This document shows positions 34,930-48,081 of a stretch of DNA of 64,000 nt, piece after piece. The number at the start of each line of letters is the position of its first letter. The first letter of the stretch is position 1. The translations under genes were made by a program, and so were the position numbers. The stretch is from NCBI GenBank assembly GCA_010093605.1, contig MU004185.1, positions 1,695,334 through 1,759,333 on the forward strand, in the 5' to 3' direction. The notes beneath the pieces are model-generated. The model searched no databases. It was not told the DNA's origin and saw only the letters and a list, made by a program, of their open reading frames with translations. The DNA comes from Lophium mytilinum (Eukaryota).

Positions 34930-37900
34930 TCACTTCCAGATCTTCCAACTCGCCCTCTTCTTCGGCGGCGGCGTGATCGTACCATCTGTATAATCTTCCT
35001 CGTCATCATACCTCCCCGCCCCATTATATGCCTGCCTATCAGGATATCCCCTAGCAGCACCCACACCGCCATCAGCTCTTGTGCTTGGCGTATGCGTGAG
35101 CACATGTGCATCGCGCTCAAACCGATCATCCCGCTCGTTCCCCAATATCCCGCCCATCGTCCGAACCTGCGGCTTCGGCTGTGGCTGCTGCGGAGGAGGC
35201 GGTGGCTGCGCTCTCGCGGCTGGCTGCACCGCCCTCCTTGGCGGCGAGTCAGGCTGCGAGTAGGAGATGCGTCGATGCCCGCCTCCGCCGAGAGTCATGA
35301 TAGGCTGCGCAGGCTGCTGAGGCTGCTGGGGTAGAGCAGTGACATTCGCGCCGAGGGCATCGCCGCCCATGGGCATCTTGCCTTTATTCTGGGTGGGCGC
35401 GGCGCCCGCGCCAGAGCTGCGGGGCGGGACGGCGTAGCCGTCCTCATCTTCAGTCATGTCTTCTTCCGTGTCGGAGCCAGACTGGCTGTAGCCGTCGTCT
35501 CCCACCGTTCGCTTCTTGCGGCCGGCAAAACGACCTCGGACCGAGCCAAAGACGGTGCCGATCTTGCTCTTTCGACGTTCTGGCACGCCAGTTGGTTGGC
35601 CTGTTGGTTGGCCTGTTGGTTGTACTGCAGATGGTTCCTCGTAGTCCAGTGCTGGGATGAGAAGGCGGTACGGAGTTGTAATGCCCGCTGGGTCTTTCTG
35701 GCTCACTTCGACATTAAGGACAATGTCGAGACCACCTTGTAGGTCAACCATCGCGGCGGTTGTTGATTTTCTGCCTATAAGCGTGGGTCGGCGGTGGAAT
35801 GGATTTGGTCGAGGCGGATTGGATGGGTCGGCAGAGACTGAGTTTTGTGAGAATGAAACGCTGTTGCGTGGGTTGCCGGAGATGCTATTTCGCTTGGATT
35901 GGGACGACCCAGGAGGTTGTTGAGGAATTGCGTCTGCCGAGTTACCCCGATTCATGAAGCGTGAAAGAGAGTTACGGCGACGGCCTCCAGTTTCCTCGGC
36001 AGTGGCATAGGATGGATTGTTGAAGTAAGCTGGAGGAGGTCCTGCTCCAGAACGTGAGAGTCGCCTTACGAGTTTTCCTGGAGCTGAGTCCGAGAGTGTT
36101 CGCATGAGTTTAGGGCCATTCCGAGCAGCTGAGGGTGATGGCGATCGCGAGGCTGGGGGAGTAGTCCCAGGATGATATTCGCGGAGGGAACACCAGTTGC
36201 GGCGAGGTAGGAGGTGCTTATTGTTTCTCGGTTTGCCGTCAACATCGTGAGAAAACATAGGAATCATGTCTTCATCAGTTTCGGCGTTGAGATGGTGGAT
36301 CTTATTGCGTTTGTTGAGAACGTCGGCCATCATGTCTGGAGGCGGTGTATTAACAATGGCCGAAGATACGATGTTGGGCATGTATCGATGATCGCGGTCC
36401 TTGGGAATGCCGAGTTTCTTGTTGGAGTAGAACTGCCCAACTGCACCCAGATGCACATCTCCGCCAAGGATGGTGATGCGGACAGATTTTTCAGCGGCGA
36501 GGTGTTGTAGCTCCTCTACAAACCAGTTGCGCTCCTCCTTGTGGTGTTTAGCTGTCCAGTGATCATCGAGATCGTCGAGAATCTCGACACCTCCATCGAA
36601 CTTGTTCACGAATCCGCCTAGCATTCCCACACGTCCCATGGCCTTGATAGGGTCCATGAGGCGAGAAGTCAAGACCATTTCGAGGAAGTTGAGTCGTGGG
36701 TAGGCAATAGGCTGTAAGCTGTCAGCAAATAGTAAATGATGACGAGTAGGAGTACGCACCACGCCAAGGAGGACAATGAGATGTTTTGTCTCTCCTTTGA
36801 TTATTTCGCGATCCAAGCGATCAAGGACGAGGTCGTAAGTTTTCTCGCTAACAATCTCATCTCGCTAATCGCATGTTAGTAATAGCATCATAACGCTAGT
36901 GAGGGAATATACCTGTCTCTCTGTGCGGCAGTCAAGGCCCAAGAATGCCACCTTTCTTCCGAGGAACATGAAAATGCTGCGGCTCAGCTCGTTGATATAG
37001 GGGCCAGGGCTGGAACCGAGCAACCAGGAAGGCTCGGTCTTCTCCGTCTCATCCACTACGCTTTGGTGTTGGAAAAGCATGTAATATTTAAAGGCGACTG
37101 CACCCACGCCCGTGAAGACTGGGGTGCTCATGAAGTGGTGAGGATATGATCCGAAGCCCTGTGAGAGATGTTAGCAATTGCATAGAAGCTAAAGCTCGAG
37201 CTTAGACTTACGTCAATAATATCGTGATCATCCCAGATGTTGACCATGGGGATCTGCGAATTCGCCATGCCAAATAAACCCTGTGAAAACCACATTGAAT
37301 ACCGATTGAGATAGAACTCTTCAAGTTCATTCTGCATTTCTGGCGAAAACTCTGCGTTGTGCTTGTGCACGGCGTTCTTGCTCTCTGTCCATTCGCGGAA
37401 TAGCTTTGTGTCTCGCATGGCAGCGTCGTTGTAGATCTGATCGCCACCTCCGAGCATTACATGGAATGGTCGTGTCTGATGGTTGTTTAGAACATCTCGC
37501 CACATCGGATCAGGCCCGCAGAATTCATTCGACTGGACGCTCAGGCTGAATCCGTTGCAGCTGTGGAACATCATGTTCATGGTCTCGCCTCTAGCAGGGA
37601 CCCAGAACCCGATTGCCGGTCCTCGATTGATCCGGTATGCCACTCTAGTCTGATGAGCGCTCAGTTCGACCTCCAGGTTGAATCGCCAGAACGTGACACC
37701 TCTTTCAGCATGCAGTCGAATGCCTGGAATCTCTTTTACTTTACCAATCTTTTCTCCGTCTTTATTTTTCACGCGCCTCGATTTTGACTGGGCGCCGCCA
37801 GAGCTGTTTCCATATGGCGATGTCCGCTTCTCCTCAAAGAGACCAGTATCATCCTCGACTCTGGATAAATCTGCCTCTTCTCGAAGCATGTCTACAGGTT

Positions 37901-40040
37901 TTACAAACAGTGTTTTACCGGACCGGGAGACCTTGACTTGGCCAGCTAACGGATCGACATACTCTGGATCAAGTTGCTGGCCACTCGCAGCGTCAAGTTC
38001 CACTGGCGGAGGGGGCAAAAGGTCCATAGGCTGTTTGAATAGGCGTAGTGTTGGTGGTGTTTGGTAGGAGGAATACTCATCGGTGGTTACGATCATAACA
38101 CTACCTCGCCAAATATCCCTAGTCATATCCTTGCGCATGCCTGAGTACCTAAGTAAGGGGCCACACTTCAGATACAGCGGAGGATTGAAGGAAGTCTGTC
38201 CTGCCTGTTCCTCGTATGTTCCGTCGTTATTGGCGTCTTTATAGGAGCCAGAGGCCCTCCTTCGCTGAGATTGGTTTTGTTCCCACCATGCTTTGTTTGC
38301 CGCATCAGATGCAACTTCTGGAGCCTCCAAATCGAGATCCGGGGCTAGGAGAGTTGCTGGCTTTCCCATTTTCCATTCATCGAGCACTTGTGGGGCTTGA
38401 TAGCGGCGTTCAGGATCGTGGTGTCGGTGGAAAGGATGATGTAGGGAGGCATGACTGTGTTGGTTTGATTCATGATTATGCGCAGCCACATCCTCTGGAT
38501 TCGTAGCGCCGAAACCAACTCGATCGCGTGCCACTTGTCCAGCAGCAGTTTGAGGCGGTATCTCGTAGGTTGGTCCGACTTGAGCATTCCGGACAGCTTT
38601 GGCAGGCAGCGGATCGGGCACCCGAAGCCCTCTCGAAATCTGAGACTTTTGACTTTGTTCCATGCGTTCTTGCTCCATCTGCCTCTGAGCTGCAAGAATG
38701 CCTCGGCTGTCTCTGGGGCCTGTTGCTTCCTTCGGCGCTGGAGGAAGTTCCTTGTCTACCAAGCGTTTACTATCGTGACGGCTGACGGGTGCTCCAGATG
38801 ACCGCCTCTGGCCTTGTGCTTCGTTCATGCCATACAGGCCTAACCCAGTTGCAGCAGCACCGCCTTCAACCATACTGTTCCGATCGCGTCGATAACTTTT
38901 CTGGCCAGCTACATCAGTGTTCTGCGTAGGCGCTCCAAATCTATCCCGGAAGCTGGCGCCTCTTGACACACCAACGGGCTCTTTCCCCCTGGCGTTGGCT
39001 GCGCCATGTTGGCCGTCGAAGTAAGCAGTGGGGACACTTCTGCGCTGTGAGCCAGACGAAGCTACATTCGTCTGATATCCTCGGTCTCCGGTTGATGATT
39101 CTCGAGATTGCTGAGTGCTAGGTGCAGGTGGTTGCGTGGGGTCCCATGGGGGTGTCAGGTCCACGAGCTCGCCCTCTTCTTCGCCAAGCTGACGAGCCAC
39201 CTTTGAGGGCATTGAAACATGGCGTCGGTTGCTAACTGTACGCATGGGCACAGTACCAGTTGGTCCTTGCCCCCCAGACACCACGCGTTTTTGTGCATTT
39301 GCAGCCGTCAGGGCCCGGCGCGCAGCCCTCTCAGCCTCAGCTCTTTCTTGAGCCGCTAATTCGATTTCTTGTATCCTCGCCCGCTTCTCTTCTTTGCTGA
39401 TATCGTCGATTTTCCTTTCCAAAACTTGAAGTGGCGAGCGGTCAGGCACAGAGCCTCTCCTCGCAGCCGATTCTCTCCGCAAAGCCGCATCGGTAGTAGG
39501 GGATACTGGTGAGTCGGGGGAGACGGCTGCACCCCTTGAGTCTAGAGGTCGACTGGAAGGAATCTGTATGGTAGGTAGGTCCCGGTTCACCTCCCGCATC
39601 ACTGGGGCTTGCGCCATGGGTTGTGGCGGGCCTCGTGACCTTGTCGAGTAAGACCTCGAAGTGCCCTGAGATCGAGAGGGGTTCATGGTGTCATATGGGT
39701 CTTTGTAGGAAGATGGAGGGGCTCGAGGCACATCAGGTGCTGCTGGAAGCGGGACGGAGTTCGCAGATGGGGGTGGTGCGTAATGCTGGCTATCCCGCCT
39801 GCGGTGGGACGTCGACCTGGATACTCCATTGGTGGGCTGGGCACCAGAATACTGTCTTGCGGTATTGCTAGGAGTATATCCCGGGATAACAGGCGATTCG
39901 CTGTCGGTAGCTATTGGCTGCGCCGGCTCAGGTGGACGTCTGTAGGAGGATCGCTTTTGTGGGTAGTTGTCGGGAAGTGCGCCTAATGGGGGCAGATTCT
40001 GTCGGGGGACATTGGAGCCGCTGGTCCTACGTTCGCTCAT
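34930..40040 (-). CDS. Fungal PhoD-like metallophosphoesterase-domain protein with long disordered termini (4 exons)
   Basis: KCGPLLRY, FHSCNGFS, GGGDQIYND, WDDHDIID, LDCRTER, GGDVHL, SSAIVN. Confidence 0.87.
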
Positions 40041-40974
40041 GTTGCACAAGGATCATGTAGGAATGTATGTAGCGTGCGAAGGTGGTGGAGGCTAGATTGG
40101 GCGATGGAGGTAAATTGGGTGCGATGCGGGATTGAGACAGTCGCAAGAAAGATTTGGGGGTGCGATATGCAATACGCTAGACACAGGAATGTATTAAAAC
40201 CATACGGAATCAGTGGAATATCGGACAGAATGGCTACCTAGGAGTGACGAAGCATGGCGCAAAGGACGCTGACGGAGCGCATGCCCGAGATGCGAAAGTG
40301 CGGAGGGCTGCTGTGGGTGCCGACGGCAAAGGGCAAAATAGCAATTGACGGTAGAAATGAAGAAACAGGCAAATTGTAGAAACCCCAGGGCACAGAAAGG
40401 GATAGATATGTACAGGGAACGGGGGCGCGAGGAGGCTGGGAGTCGCAGTCCCAGCCATCGCGAATTGACGAACAGCTCAGAGCCCCGCCAAGACCTGTCA
40501 GATCGGCAAACCGACGCGCCTTCCCTAACATCACCTAGCCCTTCGGCCCGGACCCATTATTGAGGACAGATGAAGCGGCTCCTCCAGCAACCTCATTCAC
40601 CATTCATCCACCCACCACCCCCCGGACGACACCCACCGCCGCGCTCTGTACACGACCGCCCCCGTTCCGAATACCCTCCTCCTTTGTACACTACTCCCCG
40701 TGTCTTGGACTGGCTCTGCACGCCGCCGCCCGCTCCTTCTCAGCATCGTCTTCGCAAGCCGGCCTCCCTTCCGTGAACCTTGAATACATTGCTTGCCTGG
40801 TTGCCTGTCTATACCCCATCATCCAGTCATACTCCCGTGCACCTAGTCACTGGTGGCTCTGTCATCCTCCCAGGCCTCTACCGCTCTTTGGAATTCTGTC
40901 GCCATCTCCAATACTCCCTACATGGGGCTGACGTCCCTTTCGCTCTCCTAGCTTCCTCGCGGAGCCTCCTCACC

Positions 40975-43518
40975 ATGCGAAGCTCTTTACTATGGCAGCT
41001 GCTGGCAGTAGCATCATTAAGCGCTGCGAAATCCCTACCTCCACGAAATTACGCGACCCACGATTATTACGCTATACACCTCTCGCCCTCGACCTCCGCT
41101 GCCGAACTAGCGGAGAGTCTGGGTCTGGCTTATGAAGGAACGTTGGGCGAAATAAAAGATCACCATGTCTTCAAGACTACAAAGCAGGACGCCGACCTGG
41201 TCCAGGATGCCATAGAAGACCTCAAAAGGCGCCGGCGGAAACGAGACGTCACTTTGGAGGACCACCCGTTGGATGCCGTTCGATACTCCAAAAAGGCAAA
41301 GCTAAAACCGCGGATGTGGAAGCGAAACGTGCCTCCTCTTGTACAAAGAGCACAAGGCGGCGATGCCGTAACGCAGCAGAGGGAGATCGCGAACAGTCTT
41401 CAGATTAAAGATCCGGAGTTTAACGGACAGTGGCATTTGTTCAACACAGCCACGCCTGGCAACGACCTCAACGTTACCGGCGTCTGGCTACAAGGCATCA
41501 CCGGGAAGAATTCCACTGTCTGTATTATTGATGATGGTTTGGACATGGACAGTGAAGACCTGAAAGACAATTACTTTGCCAAGGGCTCCTACGATTTCAA
41601 TGACCACGTGGACGAACCGAAGCCGAGGCTGAGTGACGACAGACATGGAACGAGATGCGCCGGAGAAGTCTCTGCTGGAAAGAACAATGTCTGTGGCGTA
41701 GGAGTCGCCTATGAATCGCGTATCTCAGGAGTCCGGATTCTCTCTGGTGAAATCACCGACATTGACGAAGCTCTAGCACTTGATTACGAGCTGCAGGAAA
41801 ACGACATCTACTCATGTTCCTGGGGTCCTCCTGATGATGGCAAGACCATGCTGGCCCCGGACGCTTTGCTGGAAAAGGCCATGATTACAGCCGTTCAGAC
41901 TGGCCGAGGCGGAAAAGGTTCAATTTACGTATTTGCAGCCGGCAACGGCGCTGCTAGCGACGACAATTGCAACTTCGATGGCTACACCAACAGCATTTAC
42001 AGTGTCACTGTTGGCGCTATCGACAACAAGAATAATCACCCCTACTATTCCGAGGCGTGCTCTGCTCAACTTGTTGTTTCTTACAGCAGCGGTGGTGGCG
42101 ACGCTATACATACTACCGATGTCGGGGTGAACAAATGCACCAATGGTCACGGAGGTACCTCCGCAGCCGGACCGCTCGTAGCAGGCGTTTATGCTCTTGT
42201 CCTTGAAGTTCGACCTGAACTCAGTTGGCGGGATATCCAATGGCTTACCGTCATGACCGCTCTACCTTTCGATCAACCCAGCGACTGGACCACCACCAAA
42301 ATTGGGAGGTCTTTTAGTCATCAATTTGGATATGGCAAAATGGATGCTGGTGCCATTGTGGAAGCTGCCAAAACTTGGGAGCTTGTCAAGCCTCAGGCCT
42401 GGTATTGGTCTCCCTGGATGCATGTCAAGCAAAAGATTCCGCAAGGAGACAAGGGTCTTGCCAGTGTTTTCGAAATTACCGAAGAGGAAATGAAAACGGC
42501 CAATCTTGAACGATTGGAGCACGTTACTGTTACGATGAACGTCGAACACACCCGCCGTGGCGATCTCAGCGTTGAACTGATTAGCCCTTCTGGTATGACC
42601 AGCCATCTTTCCACTACTCGACGCGACGATGACTTCCGTGGCGGCTACAGCGACTGGACCTTCATGAGCGTAGCACACTTCGGCGAATCTCCCATCGGCA
42701 AGTGGACCATTGTCGTGAAAGACACCAAAGTCAACGAAAACGAGGGCAACTTCACCGACTGGAAGCTCCGCCTCTGGGGCGAATGCATCGATGCCTCCAC
42801 GCAGAAACTCCGCCCTATGCCCACTGAGCACGACGACGATGACCACGATGTCATCGCCGCGCCCCATCACACTGTCTCCGTCAGCGTCCCGTCCAACTCT
42901 CCAACCGCGGCCCCCAACCCATCGGACCTCCCCTCGCGCCCGGTAAACCAGAAACCAACCCCCCAAGCGCCCTCCTCCACCGCCCCATTCGAACCACCTA
43001 CTCAAGCCACCTCCGTTCCCACCTCCTCGCCCACTTCTCCCTCTGATCAAGAGCACGACCACTTCCTACCCCACCCCTTCCCCACCTTTGGCGTCTCCAA
43101 ACGCACCCAGGTCTGGATCTACGGCTCGCTCGCGCTAATCCTCTGCTTCGTAGTCAGTCTGGGCTGCTACTTCTATCTCGCACGGCGCAAGCGACTCCGT
43201 AACAACCCACGCGACGATTACGAATTTGAGGTTCTCGACGACCGGGGCGAGGACGACGAAGGCGCTGCGTTGACCGGTGGTCCTGGAAGGCGTGGGAAGA
43301 GGAGGGCCGGCGAGCTGTATGATGCGTTTGCGGGAGAGAGCGATGAGGATGTCTTTAGTGACGATGATGAGGACGTTGGGGGCGTAGGCGGTGTGTATAG
43401 GGACGTGGATGAGAAGGATCAGGGGGCGGAGGAGTATGACGAGAAGGCGCACCTGAGGGGGAGGGGGAGTGGAAGCGGAAGTAGTTTTGAGGGCAGCGGG
43501 AGCAGTGGGGTGAGGTAG
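40975..43518 (+). CDS. KEX2: Kexin, subtilisin-like proprotein convertase
   Basis: Signal peptide, prodomain, catalytic IIDDGLD / HGTRCAGE / GGTSAAGP, oxyanion GNG, P domain, Ser/Thr/Pro stalk, TM helix and acidic tail. Confidence 0.96.
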   Translation: MRSSLLWQLLAVASLSAAKSLPPRNYATHDYYAIHLSPSTSAAELAESLGLAYEGTLGEIKDHHVFKTTKQDADLVQDAIEDLKRRRRKRDVTLEDHPLDAVRYSKKAKLKPRMWKRNVPPLVQRAQGGDAVTQQREIANSLQIKDPEFNGQWHLFNTATPGNDLNVTGVWLQGITGKNSTVCIIDDGLDMDSEDLKDNYFAKGSYDFNDHVDEPKPRLSDDRHGTRCAGEVSAGKNNVCGVGVAYESRISGVRILSGEITDIDEALALDYELQENDIYSCSWGPPDDGKTMLAPDALLEKAMITAVQTGRGGKGSIYVFAAGNGAASDDNCNFDGYTNSIYSVTVGAIDNKNNHPYYSEACSAQLVVSYSSGGGDAIHTTDVGVNKCTNGHGGTSAAGPLVAGVYALVLEVRPELSWRDIQWLTVMTALPFDQPSDWTTTKIGRSFSHQFGYGKMDAGAIVEAAKTWELVKPQAWYWSPWMHVKQKIPQGDKGLASVFEITEEEMKTANLERLEHVTVTMNVEHTRRGDLSVELISPSGMTSHLSTTRRDDDFRGGYSDWTFMSVAHFGESPIGKWTIVVKDTKVNENEGNFTDWKLRLWGECIDASTQKLRPMPTEHDDDDHDVIAAPHHTVSVSVPSNSPTAAPNPSDLPSRPVNQKPTPQAPSSTAPFEPPTQATSVPTSSPTSPSDQEHDHFLPHPFPTFGVSKRTQVWIYGSLALILCFVVSLGCYFYLARRKRLRNNPRDDYEFEVLDDRGEDDEGAALTGGPGRRGKRRAGELYDAFAGESDEDVFSDDDEDVGGVGGVYRDVDEKDQGAEEYDEKAHLRGRGSGSGSSFEGSGSSGVR

Positions 43519-44820
43519 TGGTTTGAAGAGTGTGTATTGTTAGCAAACTGCGTGGCGTTTGGGTTCGTTACGGGTGGTTTGTGGGATATGATTTGGTATG
43601 GCATTGCGTAGGTAGTTCATTGCATCCTCAATCTTGTTCCTTTCTGCACTTTTTCCTCGGTGTTTTGAGTTTTGCGGCCGGGGCGGAAACTACTGCACGT
43701 GAATTAAGCACTGATCACGTGCTAAGCAAAGGTCGCCAATCGACGGAAGGTATAAAGTCTTTCAACGGAGATTTGTCTTCGGCATGGAGGAATTTTGAGA
43801 GGATCAACAGGAAAGGCCATCAGTAGTTATAGCGCTGGTACTGCAGCTCAGACTGGTGAGGCATGAATAGTTCGTGGTGGCAAGTGAAAACTGAGAGTTC
43901 GACGATCGTATGAGCTCGGATCGACCAAGTCTCCTGGATCTAGTTTCATGTGGTAGTCGGCCATTTCCATTCAACAAGTCGACGATCATAATACGCACCA
44001 CCAAACCATGATGCCGAGAACCTACCATCATCAACGCTTCTAATCTTCTACTAACTAGAATCAAGAGTCTAGTCTAGTGATAGTGATGGCTATCATAACC
44101 CTGCCTAGTGGCTTCAAAGTTTTAATCACTGCCGGTACTCGCCATCATCACTCTTTTTACTTCCCCCCTCTCCATTTCTCATCGTGTTCGTCTGTTTACA
44201 CACCACCGCAGCAGCCATATACCAGCACCTCCCCCAGTCTTACTGCCCACCATGAAGAAGTAGTGACTGCCTGTTGCACACCAGCCCCACAGCCATGAGA
44301 GCATCAGCGAAATATTTGACTCTCCGCCATGGTGTGGATGCTGGTACGGTTCTCGCACTCCGCTTCTTCCTCCAGCCATCGAATTGCACTGTAGCAGATT
44401 TGACTCTCACCATCATAGGATTGGTCGTGGTTTTTTTGCACGCCATCCACCCAGTGCACTCTTCCCCAGGTCTCACAGCCATAAAGGTGTGCTCCACAAG
44501 GCTTTGCACTCCGTCGAATCCTCCACAACTCCTGCAGAAACACTGGAGAGCGAGTCGGGCTGAGATTTTATCCCCCCTCGGGGAGGTGAATTTGGATGAG
44601 CACGTGGCGAGCACGTGGCAATTCCTGCAAGCCGCGACGCAGCTATTCCGTCTTTTGAAGCTGACTAGCATGAGTGAAAAAGTGTGGTCTAGAAACAGAG
44701 CGCACGTGACTGTAGAAGGTTCACAAGTTGGTCGGGAGATCATCTATTCACTTCGAGAGAAACAGGACGCACGTGATCGACCTGATTTGAACATTCTCAT
44801 TCTAAAGTTTAGTAAGCTGA

Positions 44821-45071
44821 GTGAAGATGTGTCTAGTGAAGATCAGAAGCAGGGAAGAAACTAACGCGCTTACCACGTGGCAATAAGCGAAACTTAAATC
44901 GGTGCATAGGAGATGGCGAGCACGCGAGGAGTCTGGACTTAGTTAAGATTTGTCTAGTGATGATAACAAGCAGTGAACAAACTAATGCGCTTACCGCGTG
45001 GCAATAAGCGAGACTTGGCCAGAAGCAGGGGAGATGGCGAGCACGTGCTGACTCTAGACTCGGTGAAGTAT
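44821..45071. repeat. 121-bp degenerate tandem repeat (2 copies plus start of a third) with internal imperfect palindrome
   Basis: Units start at 44821, 44942 and 45063. Shared tgtctagtga..aagcag..aaactaa.gcgcttacc(a/g)cgtggcaataagcga.actt..ggagatggcgagcacg. Confidence 0.8.
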
Positions 45072-45229
45072 GTCGTAAGCGAAAGGTGATAATTTTGCGG
45101 ATGGAAGATAGGAAGCACGTGATTGGACCTACAACGGTGAATTGACTTAGGTAAGAGCAACGGATGGGGCCGCGACCGAGGCCTCTTTTACCCCGCTCAG
45201 GCGGAGGTGCCTGCGGTGACGCTCTGGGG

Positions 45230-45860
45230 ACTTTAGTTGCAAGTTTTTGCAGAATTGACTGCGCGAATGGAATTTTAGGAGACGCCGAGGGTACGCGGGT
45301 CTCTCTGTGTGGTTGGGTCTGAAGCTGGTAACTACAGCTTGAGAATCAGCGTACTGTTTGGAGGTTATGTGAGACCCGTGGAGTCCTCCCGTTGACAAGC
45401 TGGGTAGGCTAGTTGCAAGTTCTTACGGAATTGACCGCGTGAACGATATTTTAGGAGACGCTGAGGGAACACAGAGGGTACTTTTTGTAGTTACTTCTTG
45501 ACCTGTAAACACAGCAGCAGAATCAGGTCGACGCTCTTAGGATTCCAAAAGCAAGCTGAGGTCGTCCGATAGAGGGAGAGGGAAGCTTAGTTGCAAGTAC
45601 TGACAGAATTGACCGCATGAGAGCGATTTTGATAGTCGCGGCGTGTGCGTAGAGGGTACGAAGTCTAGTTGTTACTAACCCGTAAAGGAAGCGCCAGAAT
45701 CAGACTGCCGTTTTTAGGATAGGAAGGGCAAGCTGAAGGCCTCCCGTCGAAAAGCTGAGAAAATCGGTTGCACGTTTGTACAGAATCAACCGCGTAAGAC
45801 CAAACATAGCAGACGCGGAGGGTACCCAGCGTGCATCTAGCGTAGTTACTTTGGCCACTC
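45230..45860. repeat. ~177-bp degenerate tandem array (about 3.5 copies)
   Basis: Anchor (a/g)gttgca(a/c)gt....gaat(t/c)(g/a)ac(c/t)gc at 45235, 45411, 45589 and 45766. Also shared: agacgc.gaggg, agaatcag and aagctg blocks. Confidence 0.8.
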
Positions 45861-45997
45861 AAGTTGTCTAATATTGCCTGTGCATTATTAAGTAGCAGTA
45901 TCTTCTAATTGTAGGAGCGCAACGAGTTATCAAAGAGATACCTGAGGCCAGTCCTTCTATCCGATTCTAATTCTAAAGTCTCAAAACTCACAGTCCC

Positions 45998-47755
45998 CTA
46001 TGCCAGGGTAGCCGCCTCGATCTTCTTCCCAAGCTCTTCATCTACTCGCTTGAACATAGCTATGAACTATTAGCAACATGCTCGTACAAGTTCGAATGGG
46101 TCCAACTTACCAAAGGTTTCCTTCTGCACCCCCGGAACGGCTTGCTTCAATGTCGCCGCCACGTTCCCCACAAGATTCTCCTGTTGTCCCTTCTGTCTCC
46201 CCAACACATCCCACAGCCCTTTGGCCTGCACAAAATCTTCATCTGTGACCTCACTTGAGAAGTCGCTGACCTCGCCGACCCACTTCTCATGTGGATTGTC
46301 CCTAGCAATTGTAGCCGTCTTGCGGAAAACAACCTTCTTTTGAGTGGAGCCGACGTAGTTTGGGTCACCGCCGTAGTTAGATCCGAATACCATACCGCCG
46401 TCACGCTGGTAGGGAGAGTAGACAGGGCATTTGGCAGCGTTGGGAGGGAGGGTTTGGTAGTTGACGCCGAGGCGGTAACGGGCCGCGTCTGGGTAGGCGA
46501 ACATGCGGGCCTGGAGCACTAGGAGGAGGAATGTTAGTTTCTCAGTACGTTTGTCTGTAGTAGGTCGAAACTTACTGGGGTCTGCGGATGGCGCTATCCC
46601 GGGGACCATATTAGAAGGTGAAAAGGCGGCTTGTTCGATGTCGCGATAGTAGTTGGATGGGTTTTCATTGAGCGTCAACTTCCCCACTGGTCGGAGCGGA
46701 TAGTCCTTCTGTGGCCAGACCTTCGTCATGTCAAAGATGTTCCAGCGGTATAGCTCCGCATCTGCTGGGTCCATGACCTGCACGAAGAGGGTCCATGACG
46801 GGAAATCTCCATGTGCGATGGAGTCGTGGAGGTCTTGAACATGAGCATCTGGGTTCTCGCCGGCGAGCTTCGTAGCTTCAGACCTCGTCAAGTTCTTGAT
46901 GCCTTGATTCGTCTTGAAGTGGAACTTCACGTATTTGAAAGATCCGTCGTCCTTGACCAGCTTGTAGGTATGTCCGCTGTAAGAGTTTATATTGCGTATT
47001 GAAGCGGGGGTTCCACGATCGCTGAAAAGGATCATGAGTGCATGAATGCCTTCCTGGTTGGCGTTATGAAAGTCCCAGAACATAGACCAGTCGCCGAGGT
47101 GGGTTCGTGGATTTCGCTTGTGCGAGCGGTTGACGGAGGGGAATTTGATGGGATCTCGGATGAAGAACACTGGCTTGGGGCGCAGTCAGTACCGTCCTAG
47201 ACATTCGATCCAACGCATAATTCTTACAATATCATTGAACACAAAGTCCTGGTTTCCTTCTTCAGTGTATATCTTCATCCCCCATCCTCGAACATCTCGG
47301 ACCGTATCTGCCCCACCTGCTTCAGGCCCCACCGTCGATACCCGCAGGAGGCATTTGGATTTCTTGCCAATTGTGCTAAGGAATGCAGCCGAAGTGATAT
47401 CGGTCACGTCGTGCGTGACTTCGAATTCGCCAAATGCGCCAACAGCGCTAGCATGGACCACTCTAGGATGTGTCAGCGAGCTATAGCGAAACAGGTATTT
47501 GATTAAATATGATCCATTGGCGCAGCGTACCGTTCTGGGATTCTCTCACGGGAGAAATGAGCCAAGGTTTCAATTAGTTGCGTATCTTGCAGCAATACGA
47601 GTCCCTTGATGCCTTGTCCGCCGAAGTGTTGGGCTGAAGCTGGATCGGAAATGGGACGCCCTGGTGTCAAGCATTTAGAAATCGCTAAACGAGAACAATT
47701 TGATTGGAGGAGAGGTCGTACCTTCGGCCAATGTATACAAAGGAGCGTTAGTCAT
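45998..47755 (-). CDS. Small-subunit monofunctional heme catalase (6 exons)
   Basis: [32 protein letters not shown] (distal His), [41 protein letters not shown] (proximal Tyr). Ends ...IEAATLA*, with no PTS1. Confidence 0.95.
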
Positions 47756-48081
47756 GGTTGAAATGTTGATAAGCTTTGGAGATTGGGTTCGTCACTTCAA
47801 TAGAAAGATTCGAGCTGGCGGGATAACATAAATATAATAAACGCCAAACACCACAATGACGAAACCTTCCCTGGTATAACTCTTGAAAACTCCCAGGAAA
47901 GCCAATACGCATAACGACAGTCAAGCTGACAGACTCGGGTAGGCATTTCAACGTTGCCACTGGTATGAGAATCAGGGCGGGCTCGCCACTGAAGCCCCGT
48001 GCTGACAATGCATGCCTGTAATGCTTGTGCAGGAAGCAAAGATCCCTCCGGGAATAAGTGGGCTCCTGACGCTTTGAACCC

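Noticed and set aside
40780..40974. 65-aa N-terminal extension of KEX2
   Set aside because: It starts at TTG. The signal peptide begins at ATG 40975, and the upstream sequence contains a branch/acceptor typical of a 5' UTR intron.
44240..44864. 167- and 196-aa overlapping ORFs
   Set aside because: No recognisable domain; they run into non-coding repeats.
44821..45860. Repeat-spacer-like arrays as CRISPR
   Set aside because: Eukaryotic context, long degenerate units, and no cas genes.
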